This document shows positions 29,214 to 40,577 of a stretch of DNA of 64,000 nt, piece by piece. The stretch is taken from contig CAWGNX010000002.1 of the NCBI GenBank assembly GCA_963824065.1, forward strand, positions 488,794-552,793, in the 5' to 3' direction. Position 1 is the first letter of the stretch; each line of letters begins with the position of its first letter. Position numbers and translations under genes: made by a program. Under the pieces are notes generated by a model that was given only the letters and a program-made list of their open reading frames with translations, did no database searches and had not been told where the DNA came from. Source of the DNA: an uncultured Chloroflexia bacterium. GTDB lineage: Bacteria; Chloroflexota; Anaerolineae; Anaerolineales; DRKV01.

Positions 29214-30227
29214 ATGGCAACCATTTATTATGATGCAGACTGCAATCCCGAACTCATCCGGCAGAAAAAAGTAGCCATCATTGGCTACGGTTCTCAGGGT
29301 CATGCCCATGCTCTCAATTTGACAGACAGCGGGGTAAATGTGAGAGTGGGTCTCCGCCCTGGAAGCAAATCCTGGGTCAAAGCCGAACAGGCCGGCCTGG
29401 TGGTTGTTGATATCAGCAGCGCCGCTGCCTGGGCTGACACCATCATGATGCTCGCCCCTGATACGGCCCAGGCCGCGATCTATGCAGAATCAATTGCACC
29501 CAATCTCACACCAGGGAAGACATTAATGTTTGCGCACGGCTTTAACATTCGCTTTGGCACCATTGTCCCCCCGGGCAATGTGGATGTGAGCATGGTGGCT
29601 CCCAAAGCACCTGGGCACCGGGTGCGGGAGGTTTACGTGGAAGGTGGCGGAACGCCTGCTTTGCTGGCAGTTCATCAGGATTACACCGGTAAGGCGAAAG
29701 AAAATGCTCTTTCCTACGCTTTTGCCCTGGGCGCGACGCGGGCTGGATTACTTCAAACCTCGTTTGCTGAGGAGACAGAAACGGACCTGTTCGGCGAACA
29801 GGCTGTGCTGTGCGGCGGCATCACCGCCCTGGTGAAAGCCGGATTCGAGACACTGGTTGAAGCTGGATACCAACCCGAAGTTGCTTATTTCGAATGCATG
29901 CATGAACTGAAACTGATTGTGGACCTGATGTATCGCGGCGGTATGAATTACATGCGCTATTCCGTCTCCGACACGGCCGAACACGGCGATTACACAGCCG
30001 GCACGCGGATCATCAACGAAGAAACCAAGCACACGATGTACGAGCTTCTCCAAGATATTAAGAGCGGTGCCTATGCCCAGGGTTGGATCGAAGAAAATCG
30101 GGAAGGCCGTCCCTGGTTCAACCAGCAGCGCGTGACGCAGCAAAACCACATGATTGAACAAGTTGGCGCCGATCTTCGCGAGATGATGCCGTTTATCGAT
30201 CCGGTCACGATCAAACCGGGTGAGTAG
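29214..30227 (+). CDS. ilvC: Ketol-acid reductoisomerase
   Basis: [21 protein letters not shown]; 337 aa. Confidence 0.95.
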   Translation: MATIYYDADCNPELIRQKKVAIIGYGSQGHAHALNLTDSGVNVRVGLRPGSKSWVKAEQAGLVVVDISSAAAWADTIMMLAPDTAQAAIYAESIAPNLTPGKTLMFAHGFNIRFGTIVPPGNVDVSMVAPKAPGHRVREVYVEGGGTPALLAVHQDYTGKAKENALSYAFALGATRAGLLQTSFAEETETDLFGEQAVLCGGITALVKAGFETLVEAGYQPEVAYFECMHELKLIVDLMYRGGMNYMRYSVSDTAEHGDYTAGTRIINEETKHTMYELLQDIKSGAYAQGWIEENREGRPWFNQQRVTQQNHMIEQVGADLREMMPFIDPVTIKPGE

Positions 30228-30270
30228 GCGTGGTCATTCTACGAAGGTAGGACGGCAAAAAGAGGTGCCT

Positions 30271-31914
30271 ATGAATAGCAATTTCATTTCGATATTCGAT
30301 ACGACCCTGCGCGATGGAGAACAATCCCCTGGTGCAGCTCTCACTTCAGCGGAAAAACTCGAGATTGCACGCAGCCTGAGCCGCCTCGGGGTGACGGTGA
30401 TCGAAGCCGGATTTCCGGCTGCCTCGCCCGATGATCTGGAGGCAGTGCGGCGGATCGCTGATGAGGTGGGTAATCCGCCTCCAGGGGAGAGTGAGCTTAG
30501 TCCCCACGTTCCCATCATCTGCGGTCTGGCTCGCGCCACCAAGAGCGATATAGAGGCGGCCTGGCAGGCGGTGTCCTCGGCAGCACGCCCGCGTATCCAT
30601 ACTTTTTTGGCTACCTCACCGATCCATATGCAGTACAAGCTGCATATGGACCCGGAGGAAGTTGTTGACCGGGTGCGGGAGATGGTTGCGTATGCCCGTT
30701 CTTTGTGCCCGGATGTGGAATTTTCTCCCGAAGACGCCGGCCGCAGCGACCCAGATTTTCTATACCTGGTTTTGGGAGAAGCCATAAAAGCTGGCGCCAC
30801 GACGTTAAATATCCCCGATACCGTTGGGTATACAACCCCAATGGAATTCCACAACCTGATCAGCGGCATCATCGCCAACACTCCCGGCATTGACAACGCG
30901 GTCGTATCGGTGCACTGCCACGACGATCTTGGGCTGGCCACTGCGAATACCCTGGCTGGCATCCAGGCCGGAGCGCGCCAGGCAGAAGTAACGATTAACG
31001 GCATTGGCGAGCGAGCTGGCAACACCTCTCTGGAAGAAGTGGTGATGACATTGCTTACGCGGCGCTCCTTGTATGGCTTCGAAACGGCCATCGACACCAC
31101 CCAGATCGCCCGCGTGAGCCGCATGGTTTCAAACTATACCGGGATTCCCGTCCAGCCAAACAAGGCAATCGTGGGCGCTAATGCCTTTGCCCATGAAGCC
31201 GGCATTCACCAGGATGGCATGCTTAAACATAATCAGACCTACGAAATCATGCGCCCGGAAACCGTGGGCATCAGCCGCTCGCGCCTGGTGCTGGGAAAAC
31301 ACTCCGGCCGGCATGCTCTCAAAATCCACCTGGCAGAGCTGGGCTACGAGCTGAGCCCGCTGGAGCTCGATCGCACCTTTGCCCGTTATAAAGATCTCGC
31401 GGACAAGAAGAAAAGTATCACCGATGCCGACCTGGAAGCCCTGGTAGAAGACCAGGCCAGCCAGGATGAAGAATTGTTTCAGCTGGTCGGTTTGCAGGTC
31501 ACCTGCGGCACGATGGGCCTGCCCACTGCGACAGTGCGCTTGTTGGGGCCGGATGGGACCAACCACATCCAGGCCTCGGTCGGCACAGGTCCTGTGCACG
31601 CGATTTTTCAAGCGATTGATGCGGTTGTAGGCGCGCCGAATGTACTCCTGGAATTTAATGTGCACGCCATCACCGAAGGGATCGATGCGCTGGGCGAAGT
31701 GACCGTACGGCTGGAGGCGGACAACGGGAGTATCCCCAAACGCACTTCGCCCCAAAACGGGAAGCGCCAGGCCCGTACTTTTGGTGGCTATGGGGCCGAC
31801 ACCGACATTATCGTCGCCAGTGCCAAGGCCTATCTGTCTGCCCTCAACAAGCTCGTTCAGGCCAGTGGGAAATTTTCCGCGCTCAGCCAGACCGAAGCGA
31901 TATTGCAAATCTAA
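30271..31914 (+). CDS. leuA: 2-isopropylmalate synthase
   Basis: The ATG at 30271 follows [39 protein letters not shown], and a C-terminal LeuA dimerisation/regulatory region. Confidence 0.9.
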   Translation: MNSNFISIFDTTLRDGEQSPGAALTSAEKLEIARSLSRLGVTVIEAGFPAASPDDLEAVRRIADEVGNPPPGESELSPHVPIICGLARATKSDIEAAWQAVSSAARPRIHTFLATSPIHMQYKLHMDPEEVVDRVREMVAYARSLCPDVEFSPEDAGRSDPDFLYLVLGEAIKAGATTLNIPDTVGYTTPMEFHNLISGIIANTPGIDNAVVSVHCHDDLGLATANTLAGIQAGARQAEVTINGIGERAGNTSLEEVVMTLLTRRSLYGFETAIDTTQIARVSRMVSNYTGIPVQPNKAIVGANAFAHEAGIHQDGMLKHNQTYEIMRPETVGISRSRLVLGKHSGRHALKIHLAELGYELSPLELDRTFARYKDLADKKKSITDADLEALVEDQASQDEELFQLVGLQVTCGTMGLPTATVRLLGPDGTNHIQASVGTGPVHAIFQAIDAVVGAPNVLLEFNVHAITEGIDALGEVTVRLEADNGSIPKRTSPQNGKRQARTFGGYGADTDIIVASAKAYLSALNKLVQASGKFSALSQTEAILQI

Positions 31915-31933
31915 ATTCATAAAAGGGAAAACC

Positions 31934-32179
31934 ATGTCAACCTCAACACCTGAATTCCTTTTTGGTTTGGACCCATTTGAACGGCCCGAATCCTTTCCGT
32001 GGGACACGCTGCCCTCGGGAAAGATCAACTCCGCTAACGTCTCTCAAACCTCCCCGCTTGCCGATGCATCCGTGGAATACGGAGTGCCCGACCCTCACCT
32101 GCCCGGCCTGCCATCCACCCGGGATCCTTTTCCAGATCCACGCACCATCCCTGGGGGCTGGGATTTGAGTGGGTTTTAA
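31934..32179 (+). CDS. Small Pro-rich hypothetical protein between leuA and leuC
   Basis: The ATG at 31934 follows AAAGGGAAAACC. The 81-aa product MSTSTPEFLFGLDPFERPESFPWDTLPSG... has no motif I recognise. Confidence 0.3.
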   Translation: MSTSTPEFLFGLDPFERPESFPWDTLPSGKINSANVSQTSPLADASVEYGVPDPHLPGLPSTRDPFPDPRTIPGGWDLSGF

Positions 32180-32188
32180 TCTCACCCG

Positions 32189-33653
32189 ATGATCAGGAAT
32201 TTATTGATGCCTACCTTTGATAATCAAGCAAAGCGCAGCGCTGTGCCTGGCACTCAGACACTCTTTGAGAAAATCTGGAACAGCCACGTTGTAGCGCAGG
32301 AGAATGGCGCACCTGCGATCTTATATATCGATTTGCACCTCGTTCACGAAGTGACCTCCCCCCAGGCGTTCTCCGGCCTGCGCGAGCGCGGGCTTAAAGT
32401 GCGCCGCCCGGATCGCACCATTGCTACGATGGATCATTCAATCCCGACGACCGGGCTGGATTTGCCCATCGTAGACGAAATGGCAGCCAAACAGCTCCGC
32501 CAATTGGAGCTGAACTGCACAGATTTTGGCATTCCCCTCTATGACATGCATAATGATCAAAGGGGGATTGTGCATGTCATTGGTCCTGAACTGGGATTAA
32601 CTCAACCCGGAATGACCATTGTGTGTGGTGATTCGCATACCGCCACGCATGGAGCGTTTGGCGCCCTGGCATTCGGTATCGGCACCAGTGAGGTCGAGCA
32701 TGTGCTGGCGACCCAATGTTTGCTGCAGAACAAGCCGCAGACGTTTGCGGTTAACTTTGAAGGAAGCCTTGGCAGAGGTGTCACCGCCAAGGATATGATC
32801 CTGGCGCTCATTGCCGAGATTGGCATTGGGGGCGGCACCGGGATGGTGCTCGAATACCGCGGCTCGGCTGTCCGAGGGCTCGCGATGGAAGCCCGGATGA
32901 CTTTGTGCAACATGTCCATTGAGGCTGGCGCCCGGGCGGGCATGATTGCGCCGGATGACACGACAATTGCCTATCTTGCCGGACGGGAATTTGTACCTAA
33001 AGGCGCTGCCTGGGATGCGGCGGTTTCAGCCTGGAGGTCCCTTAAATCCGAATTCCGAAGCAAGCTTCGACCGGGAAATCACGCTGAATGTGTCAAACCT
33101 TCAGCCGATGATCTCCTACGGGACCAATCCGGGCATGAGCATCGCCATTGACCAGATCGTTCCCGACCCGGACCTGGAACCCAATTCGGCCCGGCGTACA
33201 GCTTTGAAGAAAGCCGTAGAATACATGGACCTGCGTCCCGGTCAGCCGCTGCTCTCCCACCCGATCGATGTGGTTTTTATTGGCAGCTGCACCAATTCAC
33301 GCATTTCCGACCTGCGCGAGGCCGCCAATCTGTTAAAGGGACACAAGGTTGCTCCTGGGGTGCGGATGCTGGTCGTTCCGGGTTCAGAACAGATCCGCCG
33401 CCAGGCTGAAAACGAAGGTTTAGACCAAATCTTCATCGAAGCAGGCGCCGAATGGCGGCGAGCAGGCTGCAGTATGTGTATTGCGATGAACGGCGACCAG
33501 CTCCAACCGGGCCAGTATGCCGTCAGCACCAGCAACCGCAATTTTGAAGGCCGGCAGGGTAAAGGCGGTCGCACGTTTCTTGCCAGCCCGCTCACCGCCA
33601 TCGCCAGCGCAGTTAGCGGGCGGGTATCCGATCCGCGCCAATTGATGGATTAA
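32189..33653 (+). CDS. leuC: 3-isopropylmalate dehydratase large subunit; one frameshift near 33050
   Basis: [31 protein letters not shown], then ISYGTNPGM...[11 protein letters not shown]...CSMCIAMN in ORF 32946..33653. The join is restored by removing one base in tccgaattccgaa. Confidence 0.9.
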
Positions 33654-33658
33654 CGATC

Positions 33659-34249
33659 ATGCAGCCATTTATCGAACTCACCTCGCAAGTCATTCCACTG
33701 CACCATACCGATATCGATACGGACCAGATCATCCCGGCCTCCTACCTCAAAGTAACCGACAAATCAGGGTTGGCAGAGGGGCTTTTCTACAGCTGGCGCT
33801 ACCTGCCAGATGGCCAGCCGGACCCTGAGTTTCCCTTGAACCAGCCGCAGTATCAAAGCGCCAGCATTTTGCTGACCGGGGATAATTTTGGCTGTGGGTC
33901 CTCCCGAGAACACGCACCCTGGGCGCTGGCCGGTTGGGGTATCCGGGCAGTCATCAGCACACGCTTCGCGGATATCTTTCGCAATAATGCCCTGAAAAAC
34001 GGCCTGCTTCCGGTAGCCGTGACCCCCCAGGCCTATATCAGATTATCCGAAATTGTTGCGAAGGACCCTGCAGCAAAAGTCAAAATTCACCTGCCTTCCC
34101 AGACCATCGTCTTTCCGGATGGAGAAACGGAAGAGTTCCCGATTGATCCGTTCAATAAACTATGCCTGCTTGAGGGCACAGACACGTTGGGTTATTTACT
34201 GCTTCGTCTGCCAGAGATTACGACTTATGAACAAGCCACTGCCCGGTAG
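33659..34249 (+). CDS. leuD: 3-isopropylmalate dehydratase small subunit
   Basis: DNFGCGSSREHAPWAL motif; 196 aa. Confidence 0.9.
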   Translation: MQPFIELTSQVIPLHHTDIDTDQIIPASYLKVTDKSGLAEGLFYSWRYLPDGQPDPEFPLNQPQYQSASILLTGDNFGCGSSREHAPWALAGWGIRAVISTRFADIFRNNALKNGLLPVAVTPQAYIRLSEIVAKDPAAKVKIHLPSQTIVFPDGETEEFPIDPFNKLCLLEGTDTLGYLLLRLPEITTYEQATAR

Positions 34250-34418
34250 GAACAGCATAAACTTTGAATACGATCCTGCCTGGCGAAATCGGAGGATTTT
34301 CTGGACGCAGTCCCGGCAGCAGCCTGCTGCTGGATGCGTCCAGGCGATTTCCTGGAATGTTCCCTCGCATGCTGCCTGCTGATGATCCATTTTTGATCCG
34401 GTACGAAAGGACATTCCG

Positions 34419-36011
34419 ATGAAAAAAATCGCAATTTACGACACCACCCTGCGCGATGGTACTCAAAGAGAAGGCATCTCGCTCTCGGTAGATGACAAAT
34501 TAATAATTGCCCGCCGCCTGGATGAGTTTGGCGTGGATTACATCGAAGGAGGTTGGCCTGGTTCTAATCCCAAGGATGCTGAATTCTTTCAACGTTGCCA
34601 GAATTTACAGCTTACCCATGCACAGGTGGCGGCCTTTGGATCCACTTGCCGTAAAAACTCGCTGCCTGAGGAAGACGCCAATATTCAGGCGCTGCTGGAG
34701 GCCGGCACCCAGGTGGTTACGGTAGTTGGAAAAAGTTGGGATCTGCATGTATTTGATGTGTTGGAAACCACGCTGGAAGAAAATTTACGCATGATCAGGG
34801 CAAGCGTTGCCTATCTTAAAGCACAGGGCAAAGAAGTGATCTATGACGCGGAACATTTTTTTGATGGGTACCGCGCGAATCCAGAATATGCGCTGCGCAC
34901 CCTGAGCGCAGCCGCCGAAGGGGATGCAGATATCTTAGTTTTGTGCGACACCAACGGTGGAACGCTGCCCTGGGATATCAGCACAATTGTCACGACTGTG
35001 GCAGACGTGCTCGACAAGCCCTTGGGAATCCACACCCATGATGATGGGGGGTGCGGCACTGCCAATTCAATGGCTGCCGTGCAGGCTGGAGCGGTTCAGG
35101 TGCAGGGCACAATCAATGGCTATGGGGAGCGGGTGGGGAATGCCAACCTGTGTGAAGTGATCCCCGGCTTGCAGCTTAAGCTGGGGTATGAATGTGTGCC
35201 CCCGCAAAATCTGGCCCAGCTGACAAATCTCTCGTATTTAGTGGCAGAAGTTGCCAATCTGCCTCACGACCGGCACTATGCGTACGTGGGGGAAAGCGCA
35301 TTTGCACATAAGGGCGGCATCCATGTGGCGGCAGTGATGAAAAATGAGGATAGCTACCAGCATATCGATCCCCAGCTGGTGGGCAACCGCCGCCGGACCG
35401 TGGTATCCGAACTCTCCGGGCGCGGCAACATCCTGGATAAATCCCGCCAGCTTGGCCTGGATGTGGACAGCAAGCAGGCGCATGAAGTCTTGAACCAGAT
35501 TAAGAACCTGGAGGCGCAAGGGTTCACGTTTGAAAGTGCCGAAGGCTCGGTGAGAGTCATGCTGCAGCGCCTGCAGCCAGGCTACACACCGCCGTTTGAA
35601 CTGGTGGATTTCACCGTGATCGTTGAAAATCGCCAGGGGCGCGGTATGTTGGCTGAAGCGATGGTCAAAGTCCGCGTCAACGGCGAGCTGATCCACACCG
35701 CCGCAGAAGGTAATGGACCGGTCAGCGCGCTGGATGAAGCCCTGCGGAAAGCCCTGCAGGATGCTTACCCGAAGCTAAGCCAGGTCCGCTTGAGTGATTA
35801 CAAGGTTCGCATTCTGGACAGCGACAGCGGCACGTCTGCGGCAGTCCGGGTGCTGATTGACACAAAAAATGGGACACGCCAATGGAGCACCGTAGGAGCC
35901 AGCACCAATATTATTGAGGCTTCCTGGCGGGCTTTGGCAGACAGCATGGAATATGCCTTAATGAACGGCGCAGGCAACCAGCGCGGCGAGGTTAAACCCG
36001 ATGCAGGCTAA
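34419..36011 (+). CDS. cimA: Citramalate synthase (LeuA-family, CimA type)
   Basis: [23 protein letters not shown]...[16 protein letters not shown] and a 530-aa length fit the CimA-type subfamily as I recall it. It is a second LeuA-family gene in the same operon. Confidence 0.8.
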   Translation: MKKIAIYDTTLRDGTQREGISLSVDDKLIIARRLDEFGVDYIEGGWPGSNPKDAEFFQRCQNLQLTHAQVAAFGSTCRKNSLPEEDANIQALLEAGTQVVTVVGKSWDLHVFDVLETTLEENLRMIRASVAYLKAQGKEVIYDAEHFFDGYRANPEYALRTLSAAAEGDADILVLCDTNGGTLPWDISTIVTTVADVLDKPLGIHTHDDGGCGTANSMAAVQAGAVQVQGTINGYGERVGNANLCEVIPGLQLKLGYECVPPQNLAQLTNLSYLVAEVANLPHDRHYAYVGESAFAHKGGIHVAAVMKNEDSYQHIDPQLVGNRRRTVVSELSGRGNILDKSRQLGLDVDSKQAHEVLNQIKNLEAQGFTFESAEGSVRVMLQRLQPGYTPPFELVDFTVIVENRQGRGMLAEAMVKVRVNGELIHTAAEGNGPVSALDEALRKALQDAYPKLSQVRLSDYKVRILDSDSGTSAAVRVLIDTKNGTRQWSTVGASTNIIEASWRALADSMEYALMNGAGNQRGEVKPDAG

Positions 36012-37107
36012 AATCACCCTGCTGCCGGGCGATGGCATCGGGCCTGAAGTTGTCGCTGCGGCGGTTTCGATCCTGGAAACCATCTCCAGCCACTTCGGGC
36101 ATAGCTTTGATTTCCACCAGGAGCTCATTGGTGGCTGCGCAATCGATCAAACCGGCAACCCGCTGCCGCCGGAGACATTATCTGCCTGCCGGCAATCCGA
36201 CGCCGTCTTGCTGGGTGCTGTGGGTGGCCCGAAATGGGACGACCCTGTGGCTGCCGTACGCCCAGAGCAAGGCCTGCTGGCGATCCGCCAGGAACTCGGG
36301 TTGTTTGGGAACCTGCGTCCGGTGCAGCCCGATCCCCACTTACTGGCGGCTTCCCCGCTCCGGCCAGAAGTCCTGGCAAACGTGGATCTGCTGGTGGTGC
36401 GCGAGCTGACCGGCGGGATTTACTTCGGTCAGCCGCGCCTGCGCAGGCAAGTGAACGGAGAAACCGAAGCTGTCGATACGATGGTCTATCGTGAATCAGA
36501 AATCGAGCGCGCCACCCGCCTGGCTTTTGACCTGGCACGCCAGCGCCGGGGAAAGGTGACTTCGGTGGACAAAGCGAATGTGCTCGAAACCTCGCGCTTG
36601 TGGCGGCAGACGGTCACCCGGGTCGCGCGAGATTATCCTGGCATCCAGCTGGAGCACATTCTGGTGGATGCGGCTGCCATGTACCTGCTCACCCGGCCGG
36701 CATCCTTTGATGTGATCGTGACGTCGAACCTGTTTGGAGATATTCTGACGGACGAAGCCTCGGTGCTGGCAGGTTCGATGGGTAATCTCCCGTCTGCATC
36801 TCTGGGAAACAACGTGAACTCCCTGGGGCAGCGGTTTGGCCTGTACGAGCCCATTCATGGCTCGGCTCCCGATATTGCCGGCAGGGGCATCGCCAACCCC
36901 GTCGGCACGATCCTTTCTCTGGCATTGTTGTGTGAGTACTCACTGGGGTTAACCACCGAAGCAGGAGCCATCCGCGTGGCAGTCAGACATGCCCTGGCAG
37001 ATGGCTGCCGAACTGCGGATGTGGCCCTCGATGGACAGCGCAGCCTCTCAACGCATGAGATGACAGCCAGAATTCAACAGAATATCGAGGTTTACCAACC
37101 TGTTTGA
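36001..37107 (+). CDS. leuB: 3-isopropylmalate dehydrogenase
   Basis: [32 protein letters not shown]. It overlaps the cimA stop by 11 nt. Confidence 0.95.
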   Translation: MQAKITLLPGDGIGPEVVAAAVSILETISSHFGHSFDFHQELIGGCAIDQTGNPLPPETLSACRQSDAVLLGAVGGPKWDDPVAAVRPEQGLLAIRQELGLFGNLRPVQPDPHLLAASPLRPEVLANVDLLVVRELTGGIYFGQPRLRRQVNGETEAVDTMVYRESEIERATRLAFDLARQRRGKVTSVDKANVLETSRLWRQTVTRVARDYPGIQLEHILVDAAAMYLLTRPASFDVIVTSNLFGDILTDEASVLAGSMGNLPSASLGNNVNSLGQRFGLYEPIHGSAPDIAGRGIANPVGTILSLALLCEYSLGLTTEAGAIRVAVRHALADGCRTADVALDGQRSLSTHEMTARIQQNIEVYQPV

Positions 37108-37166
37108 GAGGCAAACAAAGCACAGGACTCATGAATGATCCATAAATTCAATCTGGAGGAGCAAAG

Positions 37167-38096
37167 ATGAAATCGAATTATATCTGGATGGATGGAGAAC
37201 TTATTCCGTATGAAAGGGCAACTGTACATTTCCTGACGCCAACGCTGCATTATGGAACCGGAGTCTTTGAAGGCATTCGCTGCTACAACACTTCCAAGGG
37301 ATCCGCGGTTTTTCGCCTGCGCGAACATCTGGACCGTTTTATAAAATCGATTTTGATCGCCGGTATCCAGGATTTTCCATACACCGCGGCCCAGCTTTAC
37401 GACGCTGTGCATCTGACGATCCGTGCCAACGGTTTTTCTTCCTGCTACATTCGACCTTTAGTCTATATGGTGGGTCCCCTGGGCCTCGATCTGGATGCCT
37501 GGCAGCCCGCAGTTGGGATTGCAGTCTGGGAGTGGGCACCCCTGCTGGGTGATGATTCCGCTGAGCGCGGCGTACGCCTGATGGTGTCTTCGTTCACCCG
37601 CCACCATCCCAATGTGATGATGACCAAAGCAAAAATTACCGGCAATTATGTCAACTCCACAATGGCAAAAACCCTGGCCAAACGTGCGGGCTTTGACGAG
37701 GCCGTCATGCTGGACCCTTCTGGTTACGTGGCTGAATGCAGCGGTGAGAATTTGTTTTTAGTGCGCAATGGCGTCATTTACACTCCGCCCCGCACAACCA
37801 TCCTGGAAGGCATCACCCGCGATGCGCTGATCAACCTGGCAATGGATCAGGAAATTCAAGTTGTTGAAGAACCCATCTCGCGCGATCAATTGTATGCGGC
37901 TGATGAAGTATTCGTGTGCGGTACAGCCGCTGAAGTCGTTCCTGTAAGTGAAATTGATTTCCGCAAGATCGGCACCGGTAAGCGCGGCCCGGTCACCCAA
38001 GCCCTGCAAACCGCATTCCGCGAAACCGTTCAGGGGCAGCATGCCCGTTCCTACGAATGGCTGGATTATGTGGATGAAACGGTTCTGGCTGTCTGA
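37167..38096 (+). CDS. ilvE: Branched-chain amino-acid aminotransferase (class IV)
   Basis: IWMDGELIPYERATVHFLTPTLHYGTGVFEGIRCY..., 309 aa. Confidence 0.9.
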   Translation: MKSNYIWMDGELIPYERATVHFLTPTLHYGTGVFEGIRCYNTSKGSAVFRLREHLDRFIKSILIAGIQDFPYTAAQLYDAVHLTIRANGFSSCYIRPLVYMVGPLGLDLDAWQPAVGIAVWEWAPLLGDDSAERGVRLMVSSFTRHHPNVMMTKAKITGNYVNSTMAKTLAKRAGFDEAVMLDPSGYVAECSGENLFLVRNGVIYTPPRTTILEGITRDALINLAMDQEIQVVEEPISRDQLYAADEVFVCGTAAEVVPVSEIDFRKIGTGKRGPVTQALQTAFRETVQGQHARSYEWLDYVDETVLAV

Positions 38097-38117
38097 TTCA
38101 GCATCCAACTCAGCCTG

Positions 38118-39002
38118 ATGACCAATAAGCCGATTTTGTCTGCAGCCTCGCCTGGAGAAAAGTCACTCCCCTTGAAGATCGCGTTTCAAGGGGAACCGGG
38201 CGCATACAGTGAACTGGCGGCTCTGGAATATTTCGGGAGCCAGTCTGCAACCAATCCCTGCCGGAGTTTTGAGGATGTGTTTGCGTCCGTCGACAGCCAG
38301 AAATGCTCCCACGGCCTGGTGCCTGTCGAAAATTCGCTCGCCGGCAGCATCCACCGCAACTATGATTTGTTGCTGAGGCACAACCTGTTTATTGTGGGCG
38401 AGTATCACCTGCGTGTTAGCCACTGCCTGATGGCCCTGCCCGGCGTACAGCTGGCAGAAATAAAAACGGTGCATTCACACCCGCAGGCGCTCGCCCAATG
38501 TGAAGCGAACCTGAAACGGCTCGGCCTGACACCGGTCGTCGAAGCTGACACCGCCGGCAGTGCCCGTTTGCTTTGTGAAAACGGCGACCAGCAGTCAGCC
38601 GCCCTGGCCTCCCGGCGGGCAGCCGAGGTGTATGGTTTGAACATCCTGGCTGAGAACATGGAGGATAATCCCGCGAATTATACGCGTTTCCTGGCTCTGG
38701 CCGCGCATGCGCTGCCTGCCCCGGATCCAGCAGATGGCGATTATAAAACCTCGATTGTATTCAGCCTGAACAATCACCCTGGGGCCTTGTTTAAAGCCTT
38801 AAGTGTGTTTGCGCTGCGGGATATCGACCTGACCAAAATCGAATCCCGCCCCATTCAGGGGAAACCCTGGGAATATCTGTTTTACGTGGATTTTGCAGGT
38901 CATGCCAGCGATGAGGTTTGCCACAAGGCGCTCGGCCACCTGGACGAGCTGACCCCTTTTCAACGTGTGCTGGGTTCTTATCCGCGCCACCGGATGCAAT
39001 AA
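38118..39002 (+). CDS. pheA: Prephenate dehydratase (PDT + ACT domains)
   Basis: [12 protein letters not shown]..., [26 protein letters not shown]. Confidence 0.85.
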   Translation: MTNKPILSAASPGEKSLPLKIAFQGEPGAYSELAALEYFGSQSATNPCRSFEDVFASVDSQKCSHGLVPVENSLAGSIHRNYDLLLRHNLFIVGEYHLRVSHCLMALPGVQLAEIKTVHSHPQALAQCEANLKRLGLTPVVEADTAGSARLLCENGDQQSAALASRRAAEVYGLNILAENMEDNPANYTRFLALAAHALPAPDPADGDYKTSIVFSLNNHPGALFKALSVFALRDIDLTKIESRPIQGKPWEYLFYVDFAGHASDEVCHKALGHLDELTPFQRVLGSYPRHRMQ

Positions 39003-39280
39003 ATCGCGGACCCATTGCTGGCGTTCTATGGCAAGCGCGGTTTCCTGGGCACAGGGGGTGAAGTTCTCTTGTCAATGAACGATCAGTGCCACTTTGGATG
39101 CAGGTCTTCCCGCGGGAAGAAGCTCCCTCAGGGTACTTCAGACTCTCGTAATGCGAATGGAAGATAGGTAAAGGTATTTACCTGCTGGATGACCAATGGA
39201 CCGCCGACCCGGTCAACAGTGGTGCTCAATGTATAGCCTCCATACGTGCAGCCCCCACTGCTTAGATCCTTTACCCGCCC

Positions 39281-39616
39281 TTAAACCTGCAAATGATGCG
39301 TGATGTTCTCCAGCAGGGCTACATTCACAGTTGCAGGCCAGGATGAGCTTGTATTGGTATATACTCCCGATTCTAAGGACACCGTGATAACCTCGCCATT
39401 GCCAAGATAAACAATGATGTCCTGCTGATCTTGTTTCGTAGGTGAAGTAAGTGGATCTACATAAAAGGGCTCGGAGGTCGGGGCCGGGCAGAATACTGTG
39501 GGAGTAGGCGTGTCATCGGATGTCCTCGCATTGGCACCCGTCCATAAATTGCCATTCAGAACAGATAGCACAATGAAAAGCGCCAGGATGAGTACTACAG
39601 CCAATCCTTTTTTCAT
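39281..39616 (-). CDS. Small secreted or membrane-anchored hypothetical protein
   Basis: An internal Met gives the signal/anchor MKKGLAVVLILALFIVLSVLNG. No recognisable domain. Confidence 0.4.
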   Translation of the reverse strand: MKKGLAVVLILALFIVLSVLNGNLWTGANARTSDDTPTPTVFCPAPTSEPFYVDPLTSPTKQDQQDIIVYLGNGEVITVSLESGVYTNTSSSWPATVNVALLENITHHLQV

Positions 39617-39879
39617 TCCAATCCTCCTACTGTAAAATGAGTTACCGCAGGATATGACGGTCTGGATGTGGCCATTGGCGGCAATCAATGCGACTTTGCA
39701 CCTTATCTTAACATAAGGGTTGTAATTGTTTTTAACCCGTTCAGGTGAACCGTTCTAGGGTCCGATCTATTTGAAGGGTTAAATTCCAGGATGCGATCAG
39801 CAATCTTACCTGCCAGTTGCGGTGCAGGGGTGGCTTCGTTATAATCCCTGAAGAACTTATCCACCACCAGGATAAACCC

Positions 39880-40449
39880 ATGAGCCCGCTTGATTCCCCC
39901 ACCAAACAAGACCTGCTTGACCTGCTGCTGGACTGTTTTCCGCGCCCGGAAGACATGGAAATGCTGCTCGAGCTGCGCCTGGATAAAAATTATGCTGCCC
40001 TGGCGCACACCGGCAGCTACGAAACTGACCTGTTCCGCGTGCTCCAGGCAGCGGATGCCCAGGGCTGGCTCGAAGATTTGCTGCAGGCGGCCTGCGAGGC
40101 GCGCCCTTCCCGGCAGGATTTGCAGGCCACGGTTGCCGCCTACCTGGCGCAGCAAAACCAACTGGTTGAAACACCCGATCGAATTAGCCAGGATGATGTC
40201 CCCACTCAGCCTGCACCCGATCAAGAGATCCCCAAGCTGGCCCGCATGCTGCATAAGGGAATGACCGGCGAGGATGTTAAAACCCTCCAGGCCCGGCTGT
40301 ACGAGTTTGGCTTCCTGAAATTGGTGGATGGCATCTTTGGGATCGACACTGAATATGCCGTCAAAGAATTCCAGCGCCAGAACTCGATTGCCCCGGACGG
40401 CATCGTTGGGCCGCAGACCTGGGCCAGGTTGTGGCAAGGGAGCGGTTGA
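39880..40449 (+). CDS. EAD (death-like adaptor) fused to a PG_binding_1 peptidoglycan-binding domain
   Basis: KQDLLDLLLDCFPRPEDMEMLLELRLDKNYAALA...ETDLFRVLQAADAQGWLEDLLQAACEARP aligns residue for residue with the N-terminus of the 4793 protease. C-terminus: GMTGEDVKTLQARLYEFGF...VDGIFGIDTEYAVKEFQRQNSIAPDGIVGPQTWARL. Confidence 0.7.
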   Translation: MSPLDSPTKQDLLDLLLDCFPRPEDMEMLLELRLDKNYAALAHTGSYETDLFRVLQAADAQGWLEDLLQAACEARPSRQDLQATVAAYLAQQNQLVETPDRISQDDVPTQPAPDQEIPKLARMLHKGMTGEDVKTLQARLYEFGFLKLVDGIFGIDTEYAVKEFQRQNSIAPDGIVGPQTWARLWQGSG

Positions 40450-40536
40450 GAGACCGTCCGAATGGCCTGGCTGCCGGGATTGGGGATGGGCAACCAGAGC
40501 AGTTCTTGAAACGATCCAAAAATGAAACAGCCCCCT

Positions 40537-40570
40537 GCCTGTAATTGAGCAGGGGGCTGTCCGTTGTGCC
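40537..40570. terminator. Bidirectional hairpin acagccccctgc...gcagggggctgt between convergent genes
   Basis: 12-bp perfect stem with a 10-nt loop, read directly. Confidence 0.6.
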
Positions 40571-40577
40571 GGGAAAC

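Noticed and set aside
30234-32028. Minus-strand ORFs of 296 and 299 aa
   Set aside because: They are antisense to leuA, whose identity is unambiguous.
34419-36011. The second LeuA-like gene as a redundant duplicate or assembly duplication of leuA
   Set aside because: The sequence is clearly different from leuA (30271..31914) and has the N-terminal signature and length I associate with citramalate synthases. Both are expected in organisms using the citramalate route to isoleucine.
39703-40437. 244-aa minus-strand ORF
   Set aside because: It is antisense to the EAD-PG_binding gene. Only the plus frame shows the PG_binding_1 repeat and the adaptor homology.
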